From the NCBI GenBank assembly GCA_964523765.1, contig CAZFZX010000006.1, positions 1 through 59,979 of the forward strand: a DNA stretch of 59,979 bases, read 5' to 3'. Numbering within the stretch: position 1 is the first letter of the stretch; each line of letters starts with the position of its first letter. Made by a program: the position numbers and the translations under genes. This document shows positions 46,430 to 56,334 of the stretch, in pieces. The stretch is from an uncultured Enterobacteriaceae bacterium. GTDB taxonomy: Bacteria > Pseudomonadota > Gammaproteobacteria > Ga0077536. Below the pieces are notes generated by a model. That model was not told where the DNA came from. It was given only the letters and a program-made list of their open reading frames with translations, and made no database searches.

Positions 46430-47578
46430 ATGGCGCTCGACCAGAAACTCGGACCCAACGAGTCGCTCATTGGCGTCGCCGGGGGACGCAATCGGCTCGG
46501 CACTCCCGCCCTGCTGATCGACCTCGACGCGTTGGAACGCAATATCGCGATCATGGCCGACTATCTCGGGTCGAAGAACCACGGACTTCGACCGGTTGCC
46601 AAGATCCATAAATCGGTCGAAATAGCGCGACGCCAGGTAGCGGCGGGGGCTCTCGGCGTATGTTGCGCCACACTTGCCGAGGCGGAGGCAATGGTGGATG
46701 GCGGAATCCCCGGAGTCCTGCTGTTTTCTTCGGTCGTCGGCGATCCCAAGATCGCGCGATTGGCCAAATTGAATGCCCGCGCTAAAGATTTCATGGTCGC
46801 CGTGGACGACCCCGACAACGCCCGGCAACTTGGTCGCGCCGTGGCCGCCACGGGGCGGCGACTCAAGGTCCTGGTGGACTATGAAGTCGGCGGGCGACGT
46901 ACCGGCCTGGCATCCCTCGTTGAGGCATGCGACTTGGCGCTCAAGGTGGCCGGCGACGAGTGGCTGGAATTCGCCGGCGTGCAGGGTTACAGCGGCCGAG
47001 ATCAACGCGTCCCGGATTTCGGCGAGCGCGCGCAACGCCAGGCCGGCGCCGTGGCGCCGCTGCGCACTTTGTGCGACCGCCTGGACGCGCTCGGTCTGTC
47101 CCCCGGAATCGTGACGGGCGGCGGTACCGGAACCCACGCTATCGATCACGAACAAAGCGTCTTCACCGAAAGCCAAGCCGGCACCTATGTCTTCATGGAT
47201 GTCAATTACCTGTCCACGCCGCTGCGCCGGGACGATCCCACGCCGTTCGAGACCGCGCTATTCGTCCGCACCAGCGTGATCAGCGTAGCCCAGCCGGAGT
47301 TCGCCATTACTGACGCCGGGATCAAGGAATTCTCCACGGCGGCGTTCCCCCCTCGACTCAATAGCGGCGCGCCGGCGGGCGCGAGTTACGACCTGGTGGG
47401 TGACGACCTCGGGCGGATCAATTTCGCGCATCCCGACGACAAGATGCGGCTCGGCGATGCGGTGGAGTGCGTTACTCCGAAATGCTACGCTACATTGAAC
47501 TTATACGAGGTCTATCATTGCGTTCGCGGCGACACGCTGGTCGACATCTGGCCGATCGACGCCCGCACGACCTGGTGA
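46430..47578 (+). CDS. DSD1-family PLP-dependent enzyme (D-serine dehydratase / D-threonine aldolase-like, alanine-racemase N-terminal fold)
   Basis: TPALLIDLDALERNI...GLRPVAKIHKS (PLP-Lys context)...GVCCATLAEAE... Confidence 0.7.
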   Translation: MALDQKLGPNESLIGVAGGRNRLGTPALLIDLDALERNIAIMADYLGSKNHGLRPVAKIHKSVEIARRQVAAGALGVCCATLAEAEAMVDGGIPGVLLFSSVVGDPKIARLAKLNARAKDFMVAVDDPDNARQLGRAVAATGRRLKVLVDYEVGGRRTGLASLVEACDLALKVAGDEWLEFAGVQGYSGRDQRVPDFGERAQRQAGAVAPLRTLCDRLDALGLSPGIVTGGGTGTHAIDHEQSVFTESQAGTYVFMDVNYLSTPLRRDDPTPFETALFVRTSVISVAQPEFAITDAGIKEFSTAAFPPRLNSGAPAGASYDLVGDDLGRINFAHPDDKMRLGDAVECVTPKCYATLNLYEVYHCVRGDTLVDIWPIDARTTW

Positions 47579-47734
47579 GCGGACGGACGTCTCGTCTTCG
47601 GTGATCCGCCACTGTCCACGGAACGAAGCCCCTTCAACGATAGACCGGCGCAGCGCCGGGGCCCCTTGCCTTTACTGGCGGCGACCGCGCGGCCGACAAT
47701 AACCGACTGACGGACGAACACAGGACGATACGCG

Positions 47735-48511
47735 ATGCAGGGTTTATTCGATTTGACAGGAAAGACGGCGCTGATCACCGGATCGAGCAAGGGGATTGGT
47801 CGCGCCATTGCCCATGAAATGGCGCGTCAAGGCGCCCAGGTGGTTATTTCCAGCCGCAAGGCCGATATCTGCCAAGCGGTCGCCGACGAAATCAATGCCG
47901 AGCTCGAAAAGGCCGCCGGAGGAGCGGTCGTCATCCCGGCGAATATCAGCCATAAAGAGGAACTGGAGCGGCTGGTCGATGAAACCCGGTCCCAACTCGG
48001 CCGGATCGATATCCTGGTATGCAATGCGGCGGTCAACCCCTACTACGGACCGATGAAGGACATGCCGGATTCCGCTTTCGAGAAAATACTCGGGGTTAAC
48101 ATCCAATCCAACCATTGGCTCGCGCACATGGTGCTACCGGAGATGGTCGAGCGCAGGGACGGATCCATCATCATCGTCTCCTCCGTAGGCGGCCTGCGCG
48201 GTAGCGCGGTGCTTGGCGGCTACTGCATATCGAAAGCAGCGGATCTGCAGTTGGTGCGTAACCTCGCGGTCGAGTACGGCCCGCAGAATATCCGCATCAA
48301 CGCGATTTCGCCCGGTTTGGTACGCACGGAGTTCGCGCGCGCGCTTTGGGAAAACCCGGAGATCCTGAATGCGCGCACCGGCGGCGATCCGCTGCGGCGG
48401 ATCGCGGAACCAAGGGAGATCGCGGGCGCCGCCGTGTATCTCGCCTCGAGCGCTGGCTCGTTCACCACCGGACAGAATATCGTCGTCGACGGCGGCGCCA
48501 CTATTTGGTAG
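47735..48511 (+). CDS. SDR-family oxidoreductase
   Basis: ALITGSSKGIGRAIA...NAAV...YCISKAA...PGLVRT. Confidence 0.85.
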   Translation: MQGLFDLTGKTALITGSSKGIGRAIAHEMARQGAQVVISSRKADICQAVADEINAELEKAAGGAVVIPANISHKEELERLVDETRSQLGRIDILVCNAAVNPYYGPMKDMPDSAFEKILGVNIQSNHWLAHMVLPEMVERRDGSIIIVSSVGGLRGSAVLGGYCISKAADLQLVRNLAVEYGPQNIRINAISPGLVRTEFARALWENPEILNARTGGDPLRRIAEPREIAGAAVYLASSAGSFTTGQNIVVDGGATIW

Positions 48512-48759
48512 CGATACCGAGCGCCCTGCTAACAACAACCCCTCGGCCCACTTTGCATGCATCGAATCGCGGCCGCCGGAGTGGAGCCGCCGGGTTCAGC
48601 GCCAGGACCCCCGCTGCAGAGTCACTTTGGCAACCCGTTCAATCGCTTTAAGCCATTAGCCCTTCTATACTAGGCGCCTATCGACTACCCGTGGTCTGCG
48701 CGGCGGAAATGCCGCACGGTCCGTTAAACTAACCAATTTTAATAGTCCCGAGGGCAATT

Positions 48760-49653
48760 GTGAGCACATTCGAACAGCAGTTAGAGAAGATCAAAACCGG
48801 CGACGGGTTCATTGCGGCGTTGGACCAGAGCGGCGGTAGCACGCCCAAAGCGCTTGGCCAGTACGGCGTCACGGACGAAGCATGGTCGAACGACGAAGAA
48901 ATGTTTACGGTCGTTCACCAGATGAGGACACGGATCGTTACGAGCCCGAGTTTCGATGGCGCGCGAATTCTCGGTGCGATCTTGTTCGAAAACACGATGG
49001 ACAGGGAAATCGAAGGAAAGCCTACGGCGGATTATCTTTGGGACGTCAAGAACGTTGTCCCGTTTCTCAAAGTCGACAAGGGCCTTGCCGACGAGAACGA
49101 CGGCGTCCAGCCGATGAAGCCGATGCCGAGTCTCGACGAATTATTGCAAAAAGCCAAATCGAAGAACATCTTCGGTACCAAGATGCGTTCGGTGATTAAG
49201 CAGGCAAGTCCGAGCGGCGTTGCCGCGGTCGTGAAACAGCAGTTCGAACTAGGGCGCCAGATCGTCGGCGCCGGTCTGGTACCGATCATCGAGCCCGAGG
49301 TCGATATCCATTGTCCGGACAAAGCGCAGGCCGAAGAGCTGCTGCGCGCGGCGATGATGGAGGAGTTGAATCATTTGAGCGCCACAGAGGCCGTGATGCT
49401 GAAGCTCACCCTACCGGAGGAAGACAATTATTATGCCGACTTCGTGAAGCACGCGAAGATCGTGCGGGTGGTCGCGCTTTCCGGCGGCTATTCGCGTGAG
49501 GAAGCCAACGCGCGGCTCAGCAGAAACAACGGTGTGGTCGCGAGCTTTTCGCGCGCGCTTGTCGAGGGGCTCAGCGCGCCGCAGTCGGACGACGAATTCG
49601 ATCGGATGCTGGGTACTTCGATCGATAGCATTTGCGCCGCTTCCAACACCTGA
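48760..49653 (+). CDS. class I fructose-bisphosphate aldolase (short, ~296-aa bacterial type)
   Basis: GTG start after [22 protein letters not shown]...GAILFE...PFLKVDKGL...PIIEPEV... Confidence 0.75.
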   Translation: MSTFEQQLEKIKTGDGFIAALDQSGGSTPKALGQYGVTDEAWSNDEEMFTVVHQMRTRIVTSPSFDGARILGAILFENTMDREIEGKPTADYLWDVKNVVPFLKVDKGLADENDGVQPMKPMPSLDELLQKAKSKNIFGTKMRSVIKQASPSGVAAVVKQQFELGRQIVGAGLVPIIEPEVDIHCPDKAQAEELLRAAMMEELNHLSATEAVMLKLTLPEEDNYYADFVKHAKIVRVVALSGGYSREEANARLSRNNGVVASFSRALVEGLSAPQSDDEFDRMLGTSIDSICAASNT

Positions 49654-49719
49654 AACCTTCTTTTCGTGGATTGATAAAAAAATAAGGCGTTCCATCCGAT
49701 GCAGACGACATGAGCCTCT

Positions 49720-50512
49720 TTGTCCACGAAAATCATCGCGATACTGCTGGCGGCGGCGGTATCGCCGATGTTGCCAGCCGCCGACTTGCCGACGATCTCC
49801 GACCCGGCGATCCAGGCCTGTATCGACAAAATGATGCCGGCGAAGTCTCTCACCCAAAATCTCGCTCTGCGATCGTTTGACGGATCGGGACTGATCGAGG
49901 AATCCATTGCCAAGTTGTATTGGCGCCGCGCCGATGACGACAAATCGCGCGCAGTGCTGCGATTGACCGCGCCGCCGAGCCGCAAAGGCGTTGCCGTGTT
50001 GATGGTGGAAAGCGATTCGTCGGAACCAACCATGTACTTGTATGTACCGGATTTGAAGCGAACGCGGTGCGTCACCGGCAAGCAACTCGCGACCATCGAT
50101 GATGGGTACCGATTTCAGCTACGAAGAATTCTCGCATTTTCAGAAAGCGGCCGCCGACAGTGAAACAAAACGGACCGAGGATCAGACCGTGGCCGGTGAA
50201 CCTGCCTACGTGCTCGAAACGATATCCGGTGGTGAGGGATCGGCATACAGCCGCATCCTGACGTTCGTCGATCAGGCGCGCTGCGTGCCGTTGCAAACTC
50301 AGTTTTTTGGGCTCGACGGCGAATTGAGTAAGGAATTGCTGGCGGCGCCCGCCCAGATCAAACCGGTCGGTGACCGCCATGTGCCACATCGGGTAGTGAT
50401 GCACGATCGGAAGAAGAACACGCGGACCGAACTCATCGTCGAAAACGTCGAAGTCGATGTCGATCTCAACGACAGCATCTTCAGTCCGAAACGCCTGGGG
50501 ATGGCACCCTAA
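49720..50512 (+). pseudogene. LolA-like outer-membrane lipoprotein-sorting protein, split by a frameshift near 50057-50100
   Basis: ORF 49720..50163 has a signal peptide and ends ...MYLYVPDLKRTRCVTGKQLAT. ORF 50099..50512 in another frame begins MMGTDFSYEEF.... Joined, they give the family pattern ...P.L.R.R...G....F/MMG(S/T)DFSYE(D/E). The second frame is open only from 50057. Confidence 0.6.
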
Positions 50513-50521
50513 CCCTGTCTG

Positions 50522-53236
50522 GTGATCTCCAAGCTTCTCGAGTGGCTTGTCGACCACCCCTATGTGGTCGTCCTATTCGCCATATTCGTCTTCTTCTTTG
50601 CCTTCGACGAAACCGTCGACACGCAGAATCGCCGGATTAAGATTAGTGTCGATTCGTCGATAGAGAACCTGCTGCCCGCCGAGGGACCGACCCTCAAGGT
50701 CTACGCGAGCGTGCGCGACCGATTCATTGGCGATGACGTGCTCATCGTCGTATGGCTCGCCGACGATCTGTTTACACCGGAGCGTCTGGCCGCACTCAAG
50801 CGGCTGACCCGCAGGCTGGAGAAGATGCCGGGCGTCGACACCGTCGACAGCCTGGCATCCGCGGTGTATGTGCGCGCGGAAGAAGATTTCACCGAGATCG
50901 GACCGTTTCTGGACACGCTTCCCGCCAATATCGAGGAAGCACGGCGTCTCAAGGGCGACGCTCTTGCCAATCCGCTCTACATCGGCACACTAGTCTCCCA
51001 CGACGGGCGCGGCGCGGTACTGGCGGTGCACTTCGCTCCGGGTCTGGACACAGCCGCACTCGGCGAGGAGATCGACGCCATCGCGCTGGCGTCGCGGGAA
51101 GAAGCGGGCAACGTCGAACAATTCGTGACGGGCCCGATCGTTGCCCGGCTCGAAACCGGCCGGACCCTATTTTCCGACATTCAACTCGTGTTCCCGCTCG
51201 CGGTCTTCGCGACCTTCTTGGTCAGCATGATCGGTTTGCGTTCGCTGCCGGGCGTACTGCTGCCGTTGATCGTCAACGGGATTTCACTATTGATCACCAT
51301 GGCGATCTTTATTCGTGCCGGCTACGCCCTCAATTTCGTCACGGTCATCATGCCGCCGGTAGTTTTCGTCGTCGGGTTCGCCTATGCCGTACACGTGGTC
51401 AGCGATTTCGAACGCGCGCTGGCGAGTGGGCTCGAGAAGATCGCGGCGATAAAACATTCTCTCGACGAGGTGTTTGTGCCCTTGACCCTCACGGCCTTCA
51501 CGACCGGCATCGGCTTCGTCTCGTTGATGATGAGCAACATCGAAACCATTCAGATATTCGGACTGTTTTCCGCGCTCGGAACGATGCTGAGCTGGTTGTG
51601 CGCGGTGGTACTGGTGCCGGTCGGGCTCCGTTTTCTGCCGGTGCCTAAACGGGCGTCCGCGAGCCCAGGCTTTTTGCTGAACTTCGTGCCGAAGATTTCG
51701 AAGTTCGATCTCGAAAACCGCAGGTTTATTCTGATGGGCGGCTTTCTCGTTGCAGCGCTGTCGGTAATTTGCGCGAATCAGATCAAGGTCGGGACCGATT
51801 ACCTGAGTAACTTTCCGGCGGACAGCGAAATACAACGGAATTTCGCGGCGGTCGGAAAATCTTTTTCCGGCGCGGTACCGCTGCAGATACTGGTCGAGAG
51901 CGACGTTCCCAATGTATTCAAAAACCCCGAGGACCTTCGGGAATTGGACCGCTTACAGCAATGGGTGACGAAACAACCAGAGGTTGGCGGCGCCGTCTCT
52001 CTAGTCGACTACATGCGCATGCTGCACCTCACCTTCGTGCCGGACATTACGCCCGAGAAGGCGATCCCCGAAACTTACAACTTGTCCGATCAGCTGCTGT
52101 CCCTCGGTGCCGGTGATGACGTCGAGCGATTTGCCGACGTACGCTACAAAAGCACGCTGATGCACGTCCGCTCGACCGCGGTGAGCTCGAACGCGCTCAG
52201 CGCGCTTGTTACCCGCATCGAGGATCGGCTAGGCGAATTGCCGGAACATCTGCGAGGTAAAGTAACGGGTAGCTCGGTTCTGCTTGCGCAGACGATGGAC
52301 GAGATCACTCGCGGGCAGATCATGAGCTTATCTGGTGCGCTCATCATCATTTACCTCATTCTCTCGATTTTGTTCGGGTCCTTGCGCGTCGGCGCGGTGG
52401 CGCTCATTCCGAATCTGCTGCCTATTGCCGCTTTTTTCGGGATCCTGGGCTTGACCGGTATTACGCTCAATCTTGCTACCAGCCTCGTGGCTACCGTTGC
52501 GTTAGGGATCGCGGTCGACGACAGTATCCACTACTTCTCCCGGTTTAATACCGAATCGCGGAAGCTCGCTAACGAAGAACTCGGCGTTGAGCGCGCGATC
52601 GCGGCGATTATCCGTCCCGTCACGTTCACGACGGCGGCGTTGTGCGCCGGTTTCCTGGCGCTACTGGTCAGCGATCTGCGCAACCAAGTCGAATTCGGGA
52701 TCCTCGCGGCGTTAACCCTTTTCTTCGCCTGGCTGGTCGACCTCACACTCAGTCCGGCGCTCAGCAGCGGGTTGCGCTTCGTCACCCTGTGGGAAGTGCT
52801 GACGGTCGACTTGGGTGCGGAGCCGCATAAGAAAATCCCCCTGTTCAAGGGACTCACCCACCGGCAGGCGCGGATCGCGGCTTTATTTGGACGCATCGAA
52901 CCCTATGAACCGGGTGATCGGATCCTTTCTTTTGGCGAAGAAGGCAACGAGATCTGTATTCTGATCGAGGGGGTCGTCGTCGCCCAGGTGTCGCGGCCGG
53001 AGGGCAACCGCGTGTTGCGTGCGTTGCACCCTGGGGACGTGTTCGGCGAGGTCGCCCTGTTTACCGGCAAGCGCTCCGCCAACATCGACGCCATGACCGG
53101 GGTGCGCGTTTTGTGGCTCAACCAGGAGAGTCTCGAACGGATCCAATCCCGCTATCCGCGCATTGCCGCGCGGCTTTTCTGGAATCTCACAGGGACGGTG
53201 TCCGAACGCCTCGCGGACATCACCCGGCGCGTGTGA
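50522..53236 (+). CDS. RND-superfamily (MMPL/HpnN-like) exporter fused to a C-terminal cyclic-nucleotide-binding domain
   Basis: 904 aa. It has two blocks of about 6 TM helices with large loops. The C-terminal 136 aa (52826-53233) form a cNMP-binding fold with the phosphate-binding cassette FGEVALFTGKRSA (53042-53080). GTG start. Confidence 0.8.
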   Translation: MISKLLEWLVDHPYVVVLFAIFVFFFAFDETVDTQNRRIKISVDSSIENLLPAEGPTLKVYASVRDRFIGDDVLIVVWLADDLFTPERLAALKRLTRRLEKMPGVDTVDSLASAVYVRAEEDFTEIGPFLDTLPANIEEARRLKGDALANPLYIGTLVSHDGRGAVLAVHFAPGLDTAALGEEIDAIALASREEAGNVEQFVTGPIVARLETGRTLFSDIQLVFPLAVFATFLVSMIGLRSLPGVLLPLIVNGISLLITMAIFIRAGYALNFVTVIMPPVVFVVGFAYAVHVVSDFERALASGLEKIAAIKHSLDEVFVPLTLTAFTTGIGFVSLMMSNIETIQIFGLFSALGTMLSWLCAVVLVPVGLRFLPVPKRASASPGFLLNFVPKISKFDLENRRFILMGGFLVAALSVICANQIKVGTDYLSNFPADSEIQRNFAAVGKSFSGAVPLQILVESDVPNVFKNPEDLRELDRLQQWVTKQPEVGGAVSLVDYMRMLHLTFVPDITPEKAIPETYNLSDQLLSLGAGDDVERFADVRYKSTLMHVRSTAVSSNALSALVTRIEDRLGELPEHLRGKVTGSSVLLAQTMDEITRGQIMSLSGALIIIYLILSILFGSLRVGAVALIPNLLPIAAFFGILGLTGITLNLATSLVATVALGIAVDDSIHYFSRFNTESRKLANEELGVERAIAAIIRPVTFTTAALCAGFLALLVSDLRNQVEFGILAALTLFFAWLVDLTLSPALSSGLRFVTLWEVLTVDLGAEPHKKIPLFKGLTHRQARIAALFGRIEPYEPGDRILSFGEEGNEICILIEGVVVAQVSRPEGNRVLRALHPGDVFGEVALFTGKRSANIDAMTGVRVLWLNQESLERIQSRYPRIAARLFWNLTGTVSERLADITRRV

Positions 53237-53270
53237 ACGGCGCTCGTAGTAAGGGACGGTCGAACGTCGA

Positions 53271-53645
53271 TTAGACGGCGATTTGCCACAGCCAGTAGAG
53301 ACCAAACGCGAAACCCAGCGCTTCGCCCGCGGCGGCGATGCGCGGAATGATCCCGGGCTTGCCGTCGAGCACGCGGCTCACGATGCGTCCGAACAGGAGC
53401 CCGCCCATGAACACGACCGCCAACAGCAAGGCCGAGAAGGCGAGCGATTCAACAAATGCTGCGGCGATGAACACCCCCGCGCTGGCAATGGTGACGCCCC
53501 CTGCCCCGGAGCGTAGGAAATTCTTCGCATCGACATCGTCCGCGCCTAAGGCATAGGGGAACGCTACGGTTTCGACCGGCCTGAACAGAGCCCGCAAGCC
53601 CACGATCAAGAAAATGGCGCCGGTTATCAGCAGGTAGGCGGTCAT
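53271..53645 (-). CDS. small 4-TM membrane protein (DUF4345-like)
   Basis: 124 aa with four hydrophobic segments. RSGAGGV and GRIVSRVLDG resemble DUF4345 proteins. Confidence 0.5.
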   Translation of the reverse strand: MTAYLLITGAIFLIVGLRALFRPVETVAFPYALGADDVDAKNFLRSGAGGVTIASAGVFIAAAFVESLAFSALLLAVVFMGGLLFGRIVSRVLDGKPGIIPRIAAAGEALGFAFGLYWLWQIAV

Positions 53646-53818
53646 CGCAGCGCAACCTCGCGGCTCGTTCGTTTCAATTCGTCGGTGTCTTAACCAAGAC
53701 TCCCAGACTCACAAGGATAAGGGCCGGGTTTGGTAAAGTCGATGTACTCTGCCCGTGGGGTCCGCCGACGCCGGCCGGGCCGTTGGACGGCACTGGTGTT
53801 TGCCGCTATAAAGCGCAT

Positions 53819-55009
53819 ATGAAAGGACCGCTGTCGGGCTATCGCATACTGGACATGAGCCGCGTGCTATCCGGGCCGGCAGCGACCATGTTGCTGGCCG
53901 ACCAAGGTGCCGATGTCATCAAAGTGGAACCGCTCGCGGGTGATATCACCCGGCAGATGGGCGTTGGCCGCCAGGGTATGACCGCCGGTTTTCTGAACAT
54001 CAATCGGGGCAAGCGTGCGATTGCACTCGATCTGAAGTCGGCGACCGGGGTCGATATCGTTAAGAAGATAGCGGGCACTGCGGACGTTTTCGTGCAGAAT
54101 TTTCGCCCCGGTGCGATCGACAAAATGGGCCTTGGCGCGGACGTCATTCGGGAATTGAAACCGGACATCATCTACGTCTCCATCAGCGGGTTCGGGGACA
54201 AGGGCCCCTACGCCCACAAGCGCGTTTACGACCCGGTGATCCAGGCGCTCTCCGGGGTCACCGATATCCAGGCCGACGGCGAAGCGGGCCGTCCACGGAT
54301 GATGCGCACCGTCGTACCCGACAAGACCACCGCGTTGACGGCCGCGCAAGCGATCACGGCTGGACTGCTCGCGCGCGAGCGCAGCGGCGAAGGCCAGCAC
54401 ATCAAGTTGGCGATGCTGGATGCGATGATCGCGTATTTGTGGCCCGAAGGGATGATCAACCTGACGATCGTCGATGACGAACGTGCGCCCGGCGTCGGAC
54501 AAATCGCACAAGATCTGGTGTTCAAAACACTGGACGGCTATATCACCGCCGGCGCCATGTCGGATCAAGAATGGGAAGGCATGTGCGCGGCGCTGGAACG
54601 CCCCGAGTGGGTGAACGACGAGCGCTTCAACACGACCGCGAACCGCTTCATCAATATCAAGGAACGTCTCGCGGAAACTTCGAAAGTGATCGAGACGCGC
54701 AGTAGCGCAGAATGGTTGAGCCGGATGGATGCCAACGGCGTACCCTGCGCCCCGATCCTGATGCGGCCCGAGGTGATACGACACGAACAGGTCCTGGTTA
54801 ACGAACTCATTACCGAATACGAGCATCCGATTCTCGGCCGAGTCCGTCAGCCGCGTGCGGCTGCCCGTTTTGAAGGTGCGTCGGCCCCGCAGCATCCGAT
54901 CGCGCCGCACCTCGGTCAGCACAACGGCGAAGTGCTTAGCGAAATCGGTTACTCAGAAGCGGATATTCAGGACCTCGTCACGAAAGGCATACTCTCCGCG
55001 CCCCGATAG
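53819..55009 (+). CDS. family III CoA-transferase (CaiB/BaiF)
   Basis: Internal ATG 53819. GPLSGYRILDMSRVLSGPAATMLLADQGADVIKVEP...FLNINRGKR... Confidence 0.85.
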   Translation: MKGPLSGYRILDMSRVLSGPAATMLLADQGADVIKVEPLAGDITRQMGVGRQGMTAGFLNINRGKRAIALDLKSATGVDIVKKIAGTADVFVQNFRPGAIDKMGLGADVIRELKPDIIYVSISGFGDKGPYAHKRVYDPVIQALSGVTDIQADGEAGRPRMMRTVVPDKTTALTAAQAITAGLLARERSGEGQHIKLAMLDAMIAYLWPEGMINLTIVDDERAPGVGQIAQDLVFKTLDGYITAGAMSDQEWEGMCAALERPEWVNDERFNTTANRFINIKERLAETSKVIETRSSAEWLSRMDANGVPCAPILMRPEVIRHEQVLVNELITEYEHPILGRVRQPRAAARFEGASAPQHPIAPHLGQHNGEVLSEIGYSEADIQDLVTKGILSAPR

Positions 55010-55023
55010 TCTGGGCATTAGAC

Positions 55024-55220
55024 GATTGATCCGAAATGTCGATCACTTTTTAATCCGGGATTAACTGATGAAGGTGATTACCGTCATGCCGGATTCAATC
55101 CGGCATCCAGTAGAAAAAGCCCGCCGCAGGCGGACATTGTTTGACTGGACCCCGGATCGAGTCCGGGGTGACGGCAGGCGGACCTACGAACAGCGTGAAC
55201 CGCATTTCGGATCAATTATC
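55024..55220 (-). repeat. MITE-like repeat, long form with a ~30-bp internal insertion, copy E
   Basis: The termini GATTGATCCGAAATG... and ...CATTTCGGATCAATTATC are inverted repeats. The interior is the reverse complement of copy D (GCCGGATTCAATCCGGC, CCGCCGCAGGCGG, CCCCGGATCGAGTCCGGGG). It lies between convergent genes. Confidence 0.85.
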
Positions 55221-55268
55221 TGCTCGGCGCCGCTTATCCAGCTTCCTGGCGCCCGCGATCGCATGTGC

Positions 55269-56186
55269 TCATACCAACTCCACGATGCGCGCGACTGACT
55301 CGCGCAGTTTCGGTTCGTCGACGCCGTCGAGCCGCAATCGTGTCACCACCAAGTGCGTCGCGGTCAACGCCTCTTTGTATTCGGCGAGTTTGTCCGCAAC
55401 ATAGTTTGCTTCGCCGATGACGGCCCAGTCGTCGACGGGGGCGTGCGGTTTCCGTCCCGTCGGCAGTTTAGTCGCCGCTAGGCGCTTGCGCAGTGCCGCG
55501 ATATCGTCGCCGCGCTCGCTCACGAAAACCGTCCGCATGATCGGGCGGGTCTCGACAGGTGAGTGACCGGCTTGCTCGACCGCCTCGCTGTGGCGTTCGA
55601 TGTTTATTCGTAGATCGCTCAGCGTCTCGATCGGAGAAGCGAGATACGGCAGGCCCAAACGCCCCGCCTGGGCCAATGCTTTGGGACCGAACGCCGCGAC
55701 CCAGATCGGCGGATGCGGCCGCTGCACGGGCAGCGGATCGACGATAACCCCGCTATTGGCGTCGTCATCAAGGGATACGGGTTCGCCCGCCCACGCTCGT
55801 CTCATGAGCGCGAGCGTCCACTCGAACTGCCGGCGTTTCGCGCCGGGTTCGATATTGAACGCTGCCAGCACTTCATGCGCATAACCGCGCCCGACGCCGA
55901 GCAGTACCCGACCATGAGAGAGTCGATCCAACACCGCGACCTGTTCGGCAGCGAGTAGGGGGTTGCGCAGCGGCAGCAGGAACGAAGTGGTCGCCAAGCG
56001 TATGGTGTCGGTACCGGCTGCTACGCCGGCGAGCAGCATTAAGGGATCGGGGATAGCGCGCTCGTTGAAATGGTTTTCCGGCAACCAGAACGATTCATAA
56101 CCGAGCACTTCGGCAAAGCTCGCCTGTTCCGTCAAGCTGGCGGCCGAGAGGTCGTCGAAGTTCCAGGGTGTGAGTCCGAGTCGCAA
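55269..56186 (-). CDS. LLM-class (luciferase-like) flavin-dependent oxidoreductase
   Basis: TTG 56186 lies 6 nt after GGAG and gives MRLGLTPWNF...; the alternative is ATG 56225. FAEVLGYESFWLPENHF...GRVLLGVGRGY...PPIWVAAFGP. The upstream part of ORF ..56423 is Arg-rich and was rejected. Confidence 0.75.
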   Translation of the reverse strand: MRLGLTPWNFDDLSAASLTEQASFAEVLGYESFWLPENHFNERAIPDPLMLLAGVAAGTDTIRLATTSFLLPLRNPLLAAEQVAVLDRLSHGRVLLGVGRGYAHEVLAAFNIEPGAKRRQFEWTLALMRRAWAGEPVSLDDDANSGVIVDPLPVQRPHPPIWVAAFGPKALAQAGRLGLPYLASPIETLSDLRINIERHSEAVEQAGHSPVETRPIMRTVFVSERGDDIAALRKRLAATKLPTGRKPHAPVDDWAVIGEANYVADKLAEYKEALTATHLVVTRLRLDGVDEPKLRESVARIVELV

Positions 56187-56334
56187 ACCGGTGCTCCGTG
56201 AGCGTAAAGAGCAGGAAATATACATCACTCTGAGCCACAATCGGGCACGCCGCGCCGGAAATTCGATCGACGGTGCCGGTTCCATCAACCTCTTTGACTT
56301 CAGGTGGCGCGATCGCTTCGCGTCGTTCCCCGAT

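Noticed and set aside
45161-47176. ORFs 45161..46213(-) of 350 aa and 46295..47176(-) of 293 aa.
   Set aside because: They are antisense to the SMP-30-like and DSD1-family genes, whose translations carry clear family motifs. The minus-strand products are Arg/Asp-rich and have no motifs.
53867-54922. ORF 53867..54922(-) of 351 aa. The same reasoning applies to 7120..7854(-), 13298..14008(+), 20538..21257(-), 21589..22239(-), 23911..24678(+), 24552..25304(+), 26540..27271(-), 35443..36303(+), 56170..56979(+) and 56850..57491(+).
   Set aside because: All are antisense shadows of confidently assigned genes (CoA-transferase, M20, GST, hydrolase, CinA and others) and have biased composition.
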